Source: Frankiales bacterium (GTDB lineage: Bacteria > Actinomycetota > Actinomycetes > Mycobacteriales > SCTD01). Taken from it: 64,000 nucleotides of DNA. Positions 8,665 to 17,292 of the stretch are shown here, piece after piece (the first letter of the stretch is position 1; the number at the start of each line of letters is the position of its first letter). Location: NCBI GenBank assembly GCA_025465465.1, contig JAODND010000034.1, forward strand, positions 8,099 through 72,098, written 5' to 3'. The translations under genes and the position numbers were made by a program. The notes under the pieces are model-generated. The model did not search any database, was not told the origin of the DNA, and was given only the letters and a program-made list of their open reading frames with translations.

Positions 8665-10062
8665 TCAGTCGAGAATGGCCAGCGCCGGGTTGTGACCACC
8701 GTTGGGGTTGAGGAACTGGCCGGTCGTCGGCACCCCTGGCACCGGGATGTTGCGGGGCGTCGTGGCGTCCTGGAACGACACGGCGATCCGCCCGTCGGGC
8801 AGCAGCCCGACGCTCGGGAAGTCGAAGCGGTCGGCGGCCGCACCGGCCACGAGGCCGATCGCGGTGGGCGCGTTGCCGAGGCCCACGGCATAGAGCTTGA
8901 TGACCGTCGGCTGCGGCTTCGAGACGTCCACCCGCCACACCAGGTCCTGCCCGCGGCCGCTCTTGCTGTCGGCGCGCGTGGAGACCACCGCCTGCCCGAG
9001 CCTGCCGTTGACCTTGACGTCGAAGAAGTCGCCGGTGCCCTCGATGGTCGCGACGGTCGGGGGCAGGACCAGCTCGGTCTCCTGCCAGCTGCGCCCGCCG
9101 TTCGGCGACAGCGCCAGGGTCATCGAGTTGCCCTTGCGCGTCACCATGGTGAGCCAGCCGCGCGAGTCCTGGCGCAACGTGCCGGTCGGCCTGAAGGCCA
9201 GCTTCACCCGCTCCCACTTCAGCGTCGTGGGGTTGAGGCGGGCCGCGTCCGCACCCAGGTTGTCCTGGCTGTTGTTGAGCAGCAGCACCCCGCCGGCATT
9301 CAGCGGCGTCGTGAAGGTCCCGGGGTTGGGCTGCCAGAAGTCTGCATCGGGGTTCTTCACCACGGGGATGGCGAACGTCCTGACCTCGGCGCTCGACTGC
9401 GACACGTCCAGGTTGGGATCGGTCGGGGTCAGGTAGGACAGCCCGTCCGTCGACAGCACCTCCAGTGTCTTGCTCACGGTGCCACCCCGGACGATCGTCA
9501 CGTAGGGCACCGTCTTGCCGTCGACGACGAACGGCCCCTTCGCATAGGTGACCCACTCGCGGTCGAACACCGGCGACTTCAGTGGTGCCTCGGCGGTCTC
9601 CCACTTCTTGGTCGCGGCGGTGTACTTCACGCCCTGCAGGTGGTCACCGGTGTAGGGGTCCCACGAGATCCCGAAGTAGTCGCCGTGCGGGCCGGCCACG
9701 ATCGCGCCCTCGCCGTTGTAGAGCGGCGTCGCGAAGCTGATGCGCTGCCAGCTCTTGCCGTGGTCCGGAGAGACATACGGGTACGAGCCGCCGTACTCGA
9801 GCAGGCCGCCCTTGGCCGTCGTGGTGACGTAGACCTCGCAGCAGTTGCCACCCGTCGGCGTCCAGTGCCACTTCGCCGTACCCGTCTTGTGCCCGAGCGC
9901 GTCATAGACGGCGTAGCTCGCGGCGAACCGCTGGGAGGGGTAGTTGGCAGCGTTCGCCGGCTCGGACGGAAGCGGCGGGGCGGCGAGGGCCACACCTCCG
10001 ACGACACTGGCGAGAGCGGCGCCGAGCAGGCCGGCCCGGTAGGAGCGCTTGCTGGGTGACAT
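8665..10062 (-). CDS. secreted BNR/Asp-box repeat protein (sialidase-like beta-propeller)
   Basis: Start moved to ATG 10062 (MSPSKRSYRAGLLGAALASVVGGVALAAPP is a signal peptide). Asp-box motifs SPDHGKSW and SPNGGRSW are present. Confidence 0.6.
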   Translation of the reverse strand: MSPSKRSYRAGLLGAALASVVGGVALAAPPLPSEPANAANYPSQRFAASYAVYDALGHKTGTAKWHWTPTGGNCCEVYVTTTAKGGLLEYGGSYPYVSPDHGKSWQRISFATPLYNGEGAIVAGPHGDYFGISWDPYTGDHLQGVKYTAATKKWETAEAPLKSPVFDREWVTYAKGPFVVDGKTVPYVTIVRGGTVSKTLEVLSTDGLSYLTPTDPNLDVSQSSAEVRTFAIPVVKNPDADFWQPNPGTFTTPLNAGGVLLLNNSQDNLGADAARLNPTTLKWERVKLAFRPTGTLRQDSRGWLTMVTRKGNSMTLALSPNGGRSWQETELVLPPTVATIEGTGDFFDVKVNGRLGQAVVSTRADSKSGRGQDLVWRVDVSKPQPTVIKLYAVGLGNAPTAIGLVAGAAADRFDFPSVGLLPDGRIAVSFQDATTPRNIPVPGVPTTGQFLNPNGGHNPALAILD

Positions 10063-10138
10063 GCCGTGAGGGTTCGCCGCGGCAGGGCCTTCTCCTGCCG
10101 CTGCGCGACAAGGCGGCAGGACAAGGCAGGATGAACAG

Positions 10139-11095
10139 GTGCGCGCCATCACGCTTCCGTCCCATGGTGGCCCGGAGGTCCTGACGCTCGCGGACGTCCC
10201 GGACGCCACTGCCGGCCCGGGCGAGGTCCTCGTCGACGTCGCGGCCACCGCCGTCAACCGCGCCGACCTCCTGCAGCGCCAGGGGTTCTACGAGCCACCG
10301 GCCGGCGCCTCTCCGTACCCAGGTCTGGAGTGCTCGGGTGTCATCAGTGCCCTCGGCGAGGGCGTCGCGGGCTGGTCCGTCGGCGACCAGGTCTGCGCCC
10401 TGCTCGCCGGGGGCGGGTACGCCGAGAAGGTCGCCGTCCCGGTCGGCCAGCTGCTCCCCCTGCCGGCGGGCCTGTCGCTCGTCGAGGCCGCGGCACTGCC
10501 GGAGGTCACCTGCACCGTGTGGTCCAACGTCTTCCAGCTCGCGGCCCTGCAGCCGGGCGAGCGGCTGCTGGTGCACGGGGGTACGTCGGGCATCGGGACC
10601 TGCGCGATCCAGCTGGCGGTCCGCCACGGGGCCGACGTGACGACCACGGTCGGCTCCCCGGACAAGGCGGCGCGGGCACTCGAGCTCGGCGCCTCGAAAG
10701 CCGTTCTCTACAAGGACGAGGACTTCGTCGAGGCCGGTCCGTTCGACGTCATCCTCGACAACATGGGCGCCATGTACCTCGACCGCAACGTCACCGCCCT
10801 CGGCACCAACGGACGGCTCGTGATCATCGGGATGCAGGGCGGCGTCAAGGCCGAGCTCAACCTGGCCGCGATGATGACCAAGCGGGCGTCGCTGCACGCG
10901 ACCTCGCTGCGGGCGAGGCCGACGGAGGAGAAGGCCGCGATCGTCGCCGCCGTGCTGGCGGCCGTGTGGCCGGCGGTCGAGGCAGGAGAGGTGAAGCCGG
11001 TGATCGACCGAGTGCTCCCGCTGGACCAGGTCGCCGAGGCGCACCGGATCGTCGAGGCTTCAGGTCACATCGGCAAGGTCGTCCTGACGACCTGA
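10139..11095 (+). CDS. NAD(P)H:quinone oxidoreductase, zinc-independent MDR family
   Basis: MRAITLPSHGGPEVLTLADVPDATAGPGEVLVDVAATAVNRADLLQRQGFYEPP...PGLECSGVI...VHGGTSGIGT are hallmark Qor/PIG3-type sequences. Confidence 0.9.
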   Translation: MRAITLPSHGGPEVLTLADVPDATAGPGEVLVDVAATAVNRADLLQRQGFYEPPAGASPYPGLECSGVISALGEGVAGWSVGDQVCALLAGGGYAEKVAVPVGQLLPLPAGLSLVEAAALPEVTCTVWSNVFQLAALQPGERLLVHGGTSGIGTCAIQLAVRHGADVTTTVGSPDKAARALELGASKAVLYKDEDFVEAGPFDVILDNMGAMYLDRNVTALGTNGRLVIIGMQGGVKAELNLAAMMTKRASLHATSLRARPTEEKAAIVAAVLAAVWPAVEAGEVKPVIDRVLPLDQVAEAHRIVEASGHIGKVVLTT

Positions 11096-11107
11096 CGTCG
11101 GTCCGGA

Positions 11108-11971
11108 TCAGAGCTTCGGGCCGCTCCGGCCAAAGGCGCCGGACTGCGAGATCGCCTGGGACAACGGACGGACGAGCTCGCGGAGCCGCGCGGCACCGTC
11201 CTCGCCGATCCGCTCCCACGGTGCCATCGCGAGTTCGTCGGTCTGCTTCTCGATCGCTTCGCGCCGGCTCCGGCCCTCGTCGGTGAAGGCGCCCTCGCCA
11301 TCGAGCCAGCCGCGTTCGGACAGCGACGCTGCGGCAGCATCCCACTCCTCGTCGGAGTAGGCCCGGGTCGCCTGCAGCGCCTTGCGGGCCCAGGTGTCGT
11401 TCATGGCGACGTGCAGCACGGCTGCCTCCAAGCCGGTCAGGCCGGCGGCGACCAGCGCCGCGATGTGGCCGTCACCGCGGTACTCGCGGAGCAGCGTCGT
11501 CGCGTGCCAGAGCTGGAGGTGCTCCGGCTCCGGCCAGTCGAGCCCGGCGTGCGCGGCATAGAGCGGCCGCCCGTAGGGAGTGCAGGCGGCCGCCGCGGCG
11601 CGCGCGAGGTCGGCGGCCTCCTTGGTGTCGTCGAGCGTGCGGTCGAGCAGGTCACCGCACATGCGCTGCAGGGCCCGGTCCGCGCCGCGGAGCCGGGCCG
11701 CGACGACCTGCTCGGGCGAGGTGATCGTCCAGACGCCGCTCATGCCGAACTGGCAGGCGAGGGCGGAGAAGTTGAAGAACGTTGCCTGCACGGTCTGCCA
11801 GGTCACTGCACCCATCGCGGCTGCGCGGGCGGGGAAATAGCCGATCGCCCGGTTCTGGCTGGCGTCGAGTCCGAGGGCGAGGTACTCCTCCTGTGCCTCG
11901 GGCGCGAAGTAGACCATCGCGTGATAGGGCTCGAGCGTGCGCCAGGTCTTGCGTGCGACCTCTGGGTTCAT
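11108..11971 (-). CDS. conserved hypothetical protein
   Basis: 287-aa ORF with native codon bias (MNPEVARKTWRTLEPYHAMVYFAPEAQEEYLALGLD...). I cannot assign a family with confidence. Confidence 0.6.
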   Translation of the reverse strand: MNPEVARKTWRTLEPYHAMVYFAPEAQEEYLALGLDASQNRAIGYFPARAAAMGAVTWQTVQATFFNFSALACQFGMSGVWTITSPEQVVAARLRGADRALQRMCGDLLDRTLDDTKEAADLARAAAAACTPYGRPLYAAHAGLDWPEPEHLQLWHATTLLREYRGDGHIAALVAAGLTGLEAAVLHVAMNDTWARKALQATRAYSDEEWDAAAASLSERGWLDGEGAFTDEGRSRREAIEKQTDELAMAPWERIGEDGAARLRELVRPLSQAISQSGAFGRSGPKL

Positions 11972-11976
11972 GCGGC

Positions 11977-12525
11977 CTATCCGACCACATAGCGGTTGAG
12001 CAGCACCCCCGCGGCTGTGGTCTGGGAACCGACGAGGGTCAGGTCCAGCCGGTCGGGCGACTCCGGATAGAGGCGGGCGCCGCTGCCGAGCACGACCGGG
12101 AAGACCTGGACGGACAGCTCGTCGACGAGCCCGGCGTCGAGCAGCCCGTGCACGAGCGTGCGGCTCCCGACGACCAGCACGTTGCCTTCGAGCTCCTTGA
12201 CCTGGTCGAACCCGATGACGTGCGTGTCGTGCCAGTCACTGGCGTCCAGCGTGCTGCTCACGACGTACTTGGTCATCGTGTTGATCTTGTCCGCCATCTC
12301 GCCCTCGCGGGCCGGCCAGGCACCGTAGAAGCTCTCGTACGTCACCCGACCGAGCAGCAGGACGTCCGCCGCGAGCTGCTCCTCCAGCCGGCAGGCACCC
12401 AGGGCCTCGTCGAAGTACCGCTCCACCCAGCCGGTGTGGGCATACCCGGGCTCGCCACCCGGTGCCTCCATGACGCCGTCCAGCGACGCGAACTCCGTGA
12501 CGACCAGCTTCCTCATGTTCCTCAT
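11977..12525 (-). CDS. dihydrofolate reductase family protein (RibD C-terminal domain-like)
   Basis: From ATG 12525: MRNMRKLVVTEFASLDGVMEAPGGEPGYAHTGW...LLLGRVTYESFYGAWP...VVGSRTLVHGLLDAGLVDELSVQVFPVVLGSGARL. The upstream part of the 330-aa track ORF is low-complexity and judged non-coding. Confidence 0.8.
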   Translation of the reverse strand: MRNMRKLVVTEFASLDGVMEAPGGEPGYAHTGWVERYFDEALGACRLEEQLAADVLLLGRVTYESFYGAWPAREGEMADKINTMTKYVVSSTLDASDWHDTHVIGFDQVKELEGNVLVVGSRTLVHGLLDAGLVDELSVQVFPVVLGSGARLYPESPDRLDLTLVGSQTTAAGVLLNRYVVG

Positions 12526-12579
12526 CCTCTCGTGTTGGTGGTGTGACGACCGGGGCACGCCGGACTCATCGCTCTGAGG

Positions 12580-13113
12580 TTGGATGAGGACATGAGCGAC
12601 GACGAGAAGCAGAACATCGTGGTGGTCGGCGAGGACGGCCAGCAGATCGTGGTCCCGCCCGCGACGGGTGACGAGGAGCGGAGCCCGGCCGAGATGGTCG
12701 AGCAGCCGGCCAAGGTCATGCGCATCGGTTCGATGGTCAAGCAGCTGCTCGAGGAGGTGCGCGCGGCGCCGCTCGACGACGGCGCCCGCACCCGGCTCAA
12801 GGAGATCTACGAGAGCTCGATCAAGGAGCTCGAGGAAGGGCTCGCGCCCGAGCTGCGTGACGAGCTCGAGCGGCTCACGCTGCCCTTCACCGAAGGGGTG
12901 CCGCCGTCCGACGCCGAGCTGCGGATCGCGCAGGCCCAGCTCGTCGGCTGGCTCGAGGGGCTCTTCCACGGCATCCAGACAGCGCTGTTCGCCCAGCAGA
13001 TGGCAGCGCGGGTGCAGCTCGAGCAGATGCGCGGTGGCCGCCCGCAGCTACCTCCAGGGATGCTGCAGCCCCCCGAGGCCAACCCCGGCTCCAGCGGCGG
13101 CCAGTACCTCTAG
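12580..13113 (+). CDS. bpa: bacterial proteasome activator
   Basis: 177 aa with an acidic N-terminus, a helical core (MRIGSMVKQLLEEVRAAPLD...) and a C-terminus ending exactly in GQYL. GQYL is the 20S-proteasome-docking motif of Bpa/PafE. Confidence 0.85.
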   Translation: MDEDMSDDEKQNIVVVGEDGQQIVVPPATGDEERSPAEMVEQPAKVMRIGSMVKQLLEEVRAAPLDDGARTRLKEIYESSIKELEEGLAPELRDELERLTLPFTEGVPPSDAELRIAQAQLVGWLEGLFHGIQTALFAQQMAARVQLEQMRGGRPQLPPGMLQPPEANPGSSGGQYL

Positions 13114-13149
13114 CTCAGAGGCTGGCTCAGCGGCTGGCTCAGCGGCTGG
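13114..13149. repeat. 12-nt tandem repeat x3 (CTCAGaGGCTGG CTCAGCGGCTGG CTCAGCGGCTGG)
   Basis: Read directly. It lies between the bpa stop and the HAD gene and includes the HAD stop. In the HAD frame it gives three in-frame TGA codons 12 nt apart. Confidence 0.9.
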
Positions 13150-13936
13150 TGAACCAGCGGTCGAGGACCTGGGCCACGCCGTCCTCGTCGTTGGAGCCCG
13201 TCACGACGTCGGCCGCCTCGAGTACCTCGGGGTGGGCGTTGGCGACCGCCACGGAGTAGCCCGCCCAGGCCAGCATGGGCAGGTCGTTCGGCATGTCGCC
13301 GAAGGCGACCACGTCCGCTGCGGCGACTCCCGCCTCCTCGGCGAAGGCGGCGAGGCCGCTGGCCTTCGACACGCCTTCCGCCGACATCTCGAGCAGGCCG
13401 TCGGCGGAGGAGTGGGTGAAGGTCGCTCCCGACGCACCCGTCGCCCGCGCGGCCGAGAGCAGCTCGTCGGAGCCGATGCTCTCGTGCCGAGCCAGCAGCT
13501 TGACGACATCGTCGGTGAGGAGCTCCTCGATCGGTGCCTGCGTGCGGGCGTCGGAGGAGTCCCAGCGTGGGACATAGGACGGCTCGTGGGCGAACCCCGC
13601 GTGCAGCCTCTCGACGGCGAAGGCGATCCCCGGGATGGCCTCACGCAGGGCCACGACCACCTGGCGCGCGGCCTCCGCCGACAGCAGCGCTGACCGCACC
13701 ACCCGCTCGGTGTGCAAGTCGTACGCCAGTGCGCCGTTCGCGCAGATCGCGACACCGTGGTGGCCGGTCAGCTCCGAGATCTGCTTCATCCAGCGGATCG
13801 GCCGGCCGGTCACCATCACGAACGGGACGCCGGCAGCCTCGACGGCAGCCAGGGCGGCAACCGTGCGCGCCGAGATGGTGCCGTCCGAGCGGACGAGCGT
13901 CCCGTCGAGGTCCGAGGCCACCAACCGAGGGGTCAC
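13139..13936 (-). CDS. HAD-superfamily hydrolase, Cof-like
   Basis: GTG 13936 overlaps the serS TGA (GTGA). [15 protein letters not shown] (DxDGT motif I), VMVTGRP, and [10 protein letters not shown] (motif IV). Confidence 0.85.
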   Translation of the reverse strand: MTPRLVASDLDGTLVRSDGTISARTVAALAAVEAAGVPFVMVTGRPIRWMKQISELTGHHGVAICANGALAYDLHTERVVRSALLSAEAARQVVVALREAIPGIAFAVERLHAGFAHEPSYVPRWDSSDARTQAPIEELLTDDVVKLLARHESIGSDELLSAARATGASGATFTHSSADGLLEMSAEGVSKASGLAAFAEEAGVAAADVVAFGDMPNDLPMLAWAGYSVAVANAHPEVLEAADVVTGSNDEDGVAQVLDRWFTSR

Positions 13937-15189
13937 GCCGGGGTGATCTCCGTCAGCCCCCCGAGGAACGGCCGCAGGGCGGCCGGGACCTGCACCGAGC
14001 CGTCTGCGCGCTGGTGCACCTCGAGCAGCACCGCGATGGTGCGACCCACGGCACACAGCGTGCCGTTGAGGGTCGCCACGACCCGCGGACCGGCGGCGGT
14101 CCGGTGCCGGATGCCGAGCCGACGGGCCTGGAAGTCCGTGCAGTTGGACGTGGAGGTCAGCTCGAGCCAGCGCTCCTGGGACGGCAGCCACGCCTCGTTG
14201 TCGAACTTCCGGGCCGCGGAGGACCCGAGGTCGCCCGCCGCGACGTCGATCGTGCGGAAGGGCAGCTCGAGATCGGTCAGGAACCCCTTCTCCTGCTCCA
14301 GCAGCCGCTCGTGCTCCGCCTCGGCCTCGGCGAGGTCGACATAGGAGAACATCTCGACCTTGTCGAACTGGTGCACGCGGATGATCCCGCGGGTGTCCTT
14401 CCCGTGTGACCCGGCCTCGCGCCGGAAGCAGGACGAGAACCCCGCATAGCGAGCCGGCAGAGCCTCCAGCACCTCACCGGAGTGGTAGGCCGCCAGCGGT
14501 ACCTCCGACGTACCGACGAGATAGAGGTCGTCGGCCTCCAGCTTGTAGACCTCAGCGGCATGGGCGCCCAGAAAACCGGTGCCCTCCATCGCTTCGGGAC
14601 GCACCAGTGCGGGGGCGATCACCGGGATGAAGCCGGCCGCGACGGCGCGCGCCATCGCCAGGTTGACCAGCGCCAGCTCGAGCAGCGCCCCGGGACCGGT
14701 GAGGAACGCAAACCGGGAGCCGGAGACCTTGGCGCCCCGCTCGGTGTCGATCGCCTTCAGGATCTCGCCGACGGCGAGGTGGTCGCGGACCTCGAAGTCG
14801 TACGCCGGGACAGTGTCCGGCTGCGATAGCACGACGAAGTCGGCCTCACCGCCCGGCGGGACGGACGGGTGCACGAGGTTCGGGATCGCGAGGTGAGCCG
14901 CCCGCAGCAGCTCCTCGGCGGCGAGCTGTGCCGCCTCTGCCTGCTTGACGTCGGTGGCCAGCGCCTTTGCCTGTTCCAGGACGGCGGGGCGCTGCTCCGG
15001 CGACGCGGTCCTGACCGCAGCCGAGACCTCCTTCTGCGCCGCCCGCAGCCCGTCGGCCCGCGTCACGGCCGCGCGGCGGCCCTCGTCGGCGGACAGCAGG
15101 GCGTCGACCAGGGCAGGGTCGTCGCCGCGGGCGAGCTGGGACGCGCGGACCCGGTCGGGGTCCTCCCGCAGCAGCTTGAGGTCGATCAC
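13933..15189 (-). CDS. serS: serine--tRNA ligase
   Basis: 418 aa. [22 protein letters not shown], an N-terminal coiled coil, and class II motifs ([25 protein letters not shown]; [15 protein letters not shown]). Confidence 0.97.
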   Translation of the reverse strand: MIDLKLLREDPDRVRASQLARGDDPALVDALLSADEGRRAAVTRADGLRAAQKEVSAAVRTASPEQRPAVLEQAKALATDVKQAEAAQLAAEELLRAAHLAIPNLVHPSVPPGGEADFVVLSQPDTVPAYDFEVRDHLAVGEILKAIDTERGAKVSGSRFAFLTGPGALLELALVNLAMARAVAAGFIPVIAPALVRPEAMEGTGFLGAHAAEVYKLEADDLYLVGTSEVPLAAYHSGEVLEALPARYAGFSSCFRREAGSHGKDTRGIIRVHQFDKVEMFSYVDLAEAEAEHERLLEQEKGFLTDLELPFRTIDVAAGDLGSSAARKFDNEAWLPSQERWLELTSTSNCTDFQARRLGIRHRTAAGPRVVATLNGTLCAVGRTIAVLLEVHQRADGSVQVPAALRPFLGGLTEITPA

Positions 15190-15218
15190 GCGTGCGTCAC
15201 GCGTGCAAGGCTAACCAC

Positions 15219-15917
15219 ATGCGCAGCAACCTTTTCGGCGAGAACCTCGAGGCCGGCACCGTCGACACGATGTCCCTGCAGAACCCACGTCTGCTCAAGG
15301 TGCGCCTCAACGGCGAGCTGCTCGCCCGGCAGGGGGCGATGGTGGCCTACCAGGGCCAGATCACCTTCGCGTACGAAGGTGCCGGCGGCGTCGGGCGGTT
15401 CTTGAAGAAGGCCCTGACCGGCGAGGGCGTCCCCCTCATGCGGTGCAGCGGGCAGGGCGACCTGTTCCTCGCCCAGCACGCCTACGAGCTGCATATCGTC
15501 GACCTCGACGGCGACTCGCTCACCGTGAACGGCGCCAACGTCTTGGCCTTCGACCCGTCCCTGACGTGGGACATCCGCCGGGTCGAAGGCGCGTCGGTGC
15601 TGTCAGGCGGTGTCTTCAACATGGTCTTCACCGGCACCGGACGCCTGGTGCTGAGCGCCTTCGGGACGCCGGTCGTCCTGGACGCCGGCCCGGTCCCGAC
15701 GTTCGCCGACCTGCAGTCCGCCATCGCCTGGAGCTCCTCGCTGCGCACCAGCCTGGTCCGTACGGCGGGCGCGGGTGCGCTGATCGGGCGAGGCTCCGGC
15801 GAGGCGTTCCAGCTGGCGTTCCAGGGTGAGGGCTTCGTGATCGTGCAGGCGTCCGAGGGCCCGTTCGTGCCGAAGCACGACCACGGCGGTGGCGGCGCGT
15901 CGAACCTGTTCGGCTAA
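15219..15917 (+). CDS. AIM24 family protein (DUF124)
   Basis: MRSNLFGENLEAG...LLKVRLNGELLARQGAMVAYQGQITFAYEG...LFLAQHAYELHIVDLDGDSLTVNGANVLAFDPSLTWDI is the typical AIM24 pattern. The start could be 15192. Confidence 0.8.
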   Translation: MRSNLFGENLEAGTVDTMSLQNPRLLKVRLNGELLARQGAMVAYQGQITFAYEGAGGVGRFLKKALTGEGVPLMRCSGQGDLFLAQHAYELHIVDLDGDSLTVNGANVLAFDPSLTWDIRRVEGASVLSGGVFNMVFTGTGRLVLSAFGTPVVLDAGPVPTFADLQSAIAWSSSLRTSLVRTAGAGALIGRGSGEAFQLAFQGEGFVIVQASEGPFVPKHDHGGGGASNLFG

Positions 15918-15918
15918 C

Positions 15919-16467
15919 TCACGAGCGACGCGAGAAGCGGCCGCGCTTGGGCTCCGGCTCGAAGCCCTCGCGTGGCTGCACCGCCGTGCGGTTGGCATAG
16001 CCGATGGCCTGCTGCTCCTCGGGGCTCAGCGAGTGATCGGAGTCACCGGCCTTGACGCCCTTCGCGTAGGTGCGGGTCTCCGAGCGGCCGTTGATCGAGG
16101 TGAGCACGATGCCGTCGCCGGCGTCGTCGAGCAGCGCGGCACTGAACGACAGCCGCCCACCCATGTCGCCGAAGGCGTCGTAGCGCACGACCGCAACGTG
16201 CCGCAGTGCGTCGGAGAGGTCGGCGCGGGCGGCGGCGAGGTCGTCACGCAGGCGGCCGACGTCGGTGCGCAGGCCCTCGACCTCACGGTGCTGGCGGGTC
16301 ACCGACTCCACGAAGGTGGCGCCTCGGTCGCCACCGGTGAGCACGTCGTGGGCGAGCGTCAGCCTGCGGATCCTGACGAGCAGTGAGGCGCTGAAGCCGA
16401 GCGACAGGACGGCCACTCCCGCTGCCGACAGGGAGACGACCTGAGCGGTGTCGGTGTCGAGCAGCAC
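15919..16467 (-). CDS. DUF4446 family protein
   Basis: From GTG 16467: an N-terminal TM segment, a coiled-coil, then HVAVVRYDAFGDMGGRLSFSAALLDDAGDGIVLTSINGRSETRTYAKGV, characteristic of DUF4446. Upstream of 16467 the track ORF is Arg/Pro-rich junk. Confidence 0.7.
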   Translation of the reverse strand: MLLDTDTAQVVSLSAAGVAVLSLGFSASLLVRIRRLTLAHDVLTGGDRGATFVESVTRQHREVEGLRTDVGRLRDDLAAARADLSDALRHVAVVRYDAFGDMGGRLSFSAALLDDAGDGIVLTSINGRSETRTYAKGVKAGDSDHSLSPEEQQAIGYANRTAVQPREGFEPEPKRGRFSRRS

Positions 16468-16490
16468 GCGGTCGAGACTAGCCTCCGCTC

Positions 16491-17216
16491 GTGGACAGGG
16501 ATGCGGCACACGCGCTGCTGCGGGCGGTCGCGGACGGGGATCTGGCGCCCGAGGCCGCCCTGGACCGCTTCGCGACGGCGCCCTACGACGCGTTGGCCCA
16601 CTCCCTCGTCGACACCCACCGAGCGCTCCGCACCGGCGACCCGGAAGTCGTCTACGCAGAAGGCAAGACGACCCAGCAGGTCCTGGACAACGTCGCGGCG
16701 CTCCGGTCCACCAGCGACCGCGTCCTCGTGACCCGCTGCTCGCCCGAGGTGTCGGAGGCACTGGACGCCACAGGTCGCACCGTGTTCCTTGGCACGCCCA
16801 AGGAGCCACGCGGCTGCGTCGCGATCCTGGCGGCAGGCACCTCCGACGGCCCGGTCGCCGAGGAGGCCGCCATCACCGCGAGGGCCTTCGGCGCGCAGGT
16901 GACCCGGGTCGACGACGTCGGGGTCGCGGGGCTGCACCGGCTGCTGGAGGCCCGGGCCGTCCTCGACACCGCAGACGTGCTGGTGGTCGTCGCGGGCATG
17001 GAGGGCGCCCTGCCCTCGGTGGTGGGTGGGCTCGTCGGGACCCCGATCGTCGCCGTACCGACGAGCATCGGCTATGGCGCGTCCTTCCAGGGACTGGCCG
17101 CCCTGCTGGCGATGCTCAACAGCTGCGCTCCCGGAGTCACCGTGGTCAACATCGACAACGGCTTCGGCGCCGGCGTGTTCGCGGCCCGGGTCGCCCGCCG
17201 GGCGCGCCACTCATGA
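16491..17216 (+). CDS. larB: nickel-pincer cofactor biosynthesis protein LarB (PurE-like carboxylase/hydrolase)
   Basis: 241 aa. VAILAAGTSDGPVAEEAAITARAFG...VVVAGMEGALPSVVGGLVGTPIVAVPTSIGYG...LNSCAPGVTVVNIDNGFGAG is the AIR-carboxylase-like LarB signature. Confidence 0.85.
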   Translation: MDRDAAHALLRAVADGDLAPEAALDRFATAPYDALAHSLVDTHRALRTGDPEVVYAEGKTTQQVLDNVAALRSTSDRVLVTRCSPEVSEALDATGRTVFLGTPKEPRGCVAILAAGTSDGPVAEEAAITARAFGAQVTRVDDVGVAGLHRLLEARAVLDTADVLVVVAGMEGALPSVVGGLVGTPIVAVPTSIGYGASFQGLAALLAMLNSCAPGVTVVNIDNGFGAGVFAARVARRARHS

Positions 17217-17275
17217 TCCACGGAGACCTTCAGGTGGATCCAGCCCGCGAAAGCGCACACAACTCTCCGTGGATC
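17215..17275 (+). other. inverted-repeat element in the larB-larC spacer with two alternative pairing partners
   Basis: GATCCACGGAGA (17215-17226) is perfectly complementary to TCTCCGTGGATC (17264-17275). ATCCAC (17216-21) can alternatively pair with GTGGAT (17234-39). Confidence 0.5.
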
Positions 17276-17292
17276 AGCGTCGGGGGGGCGCC

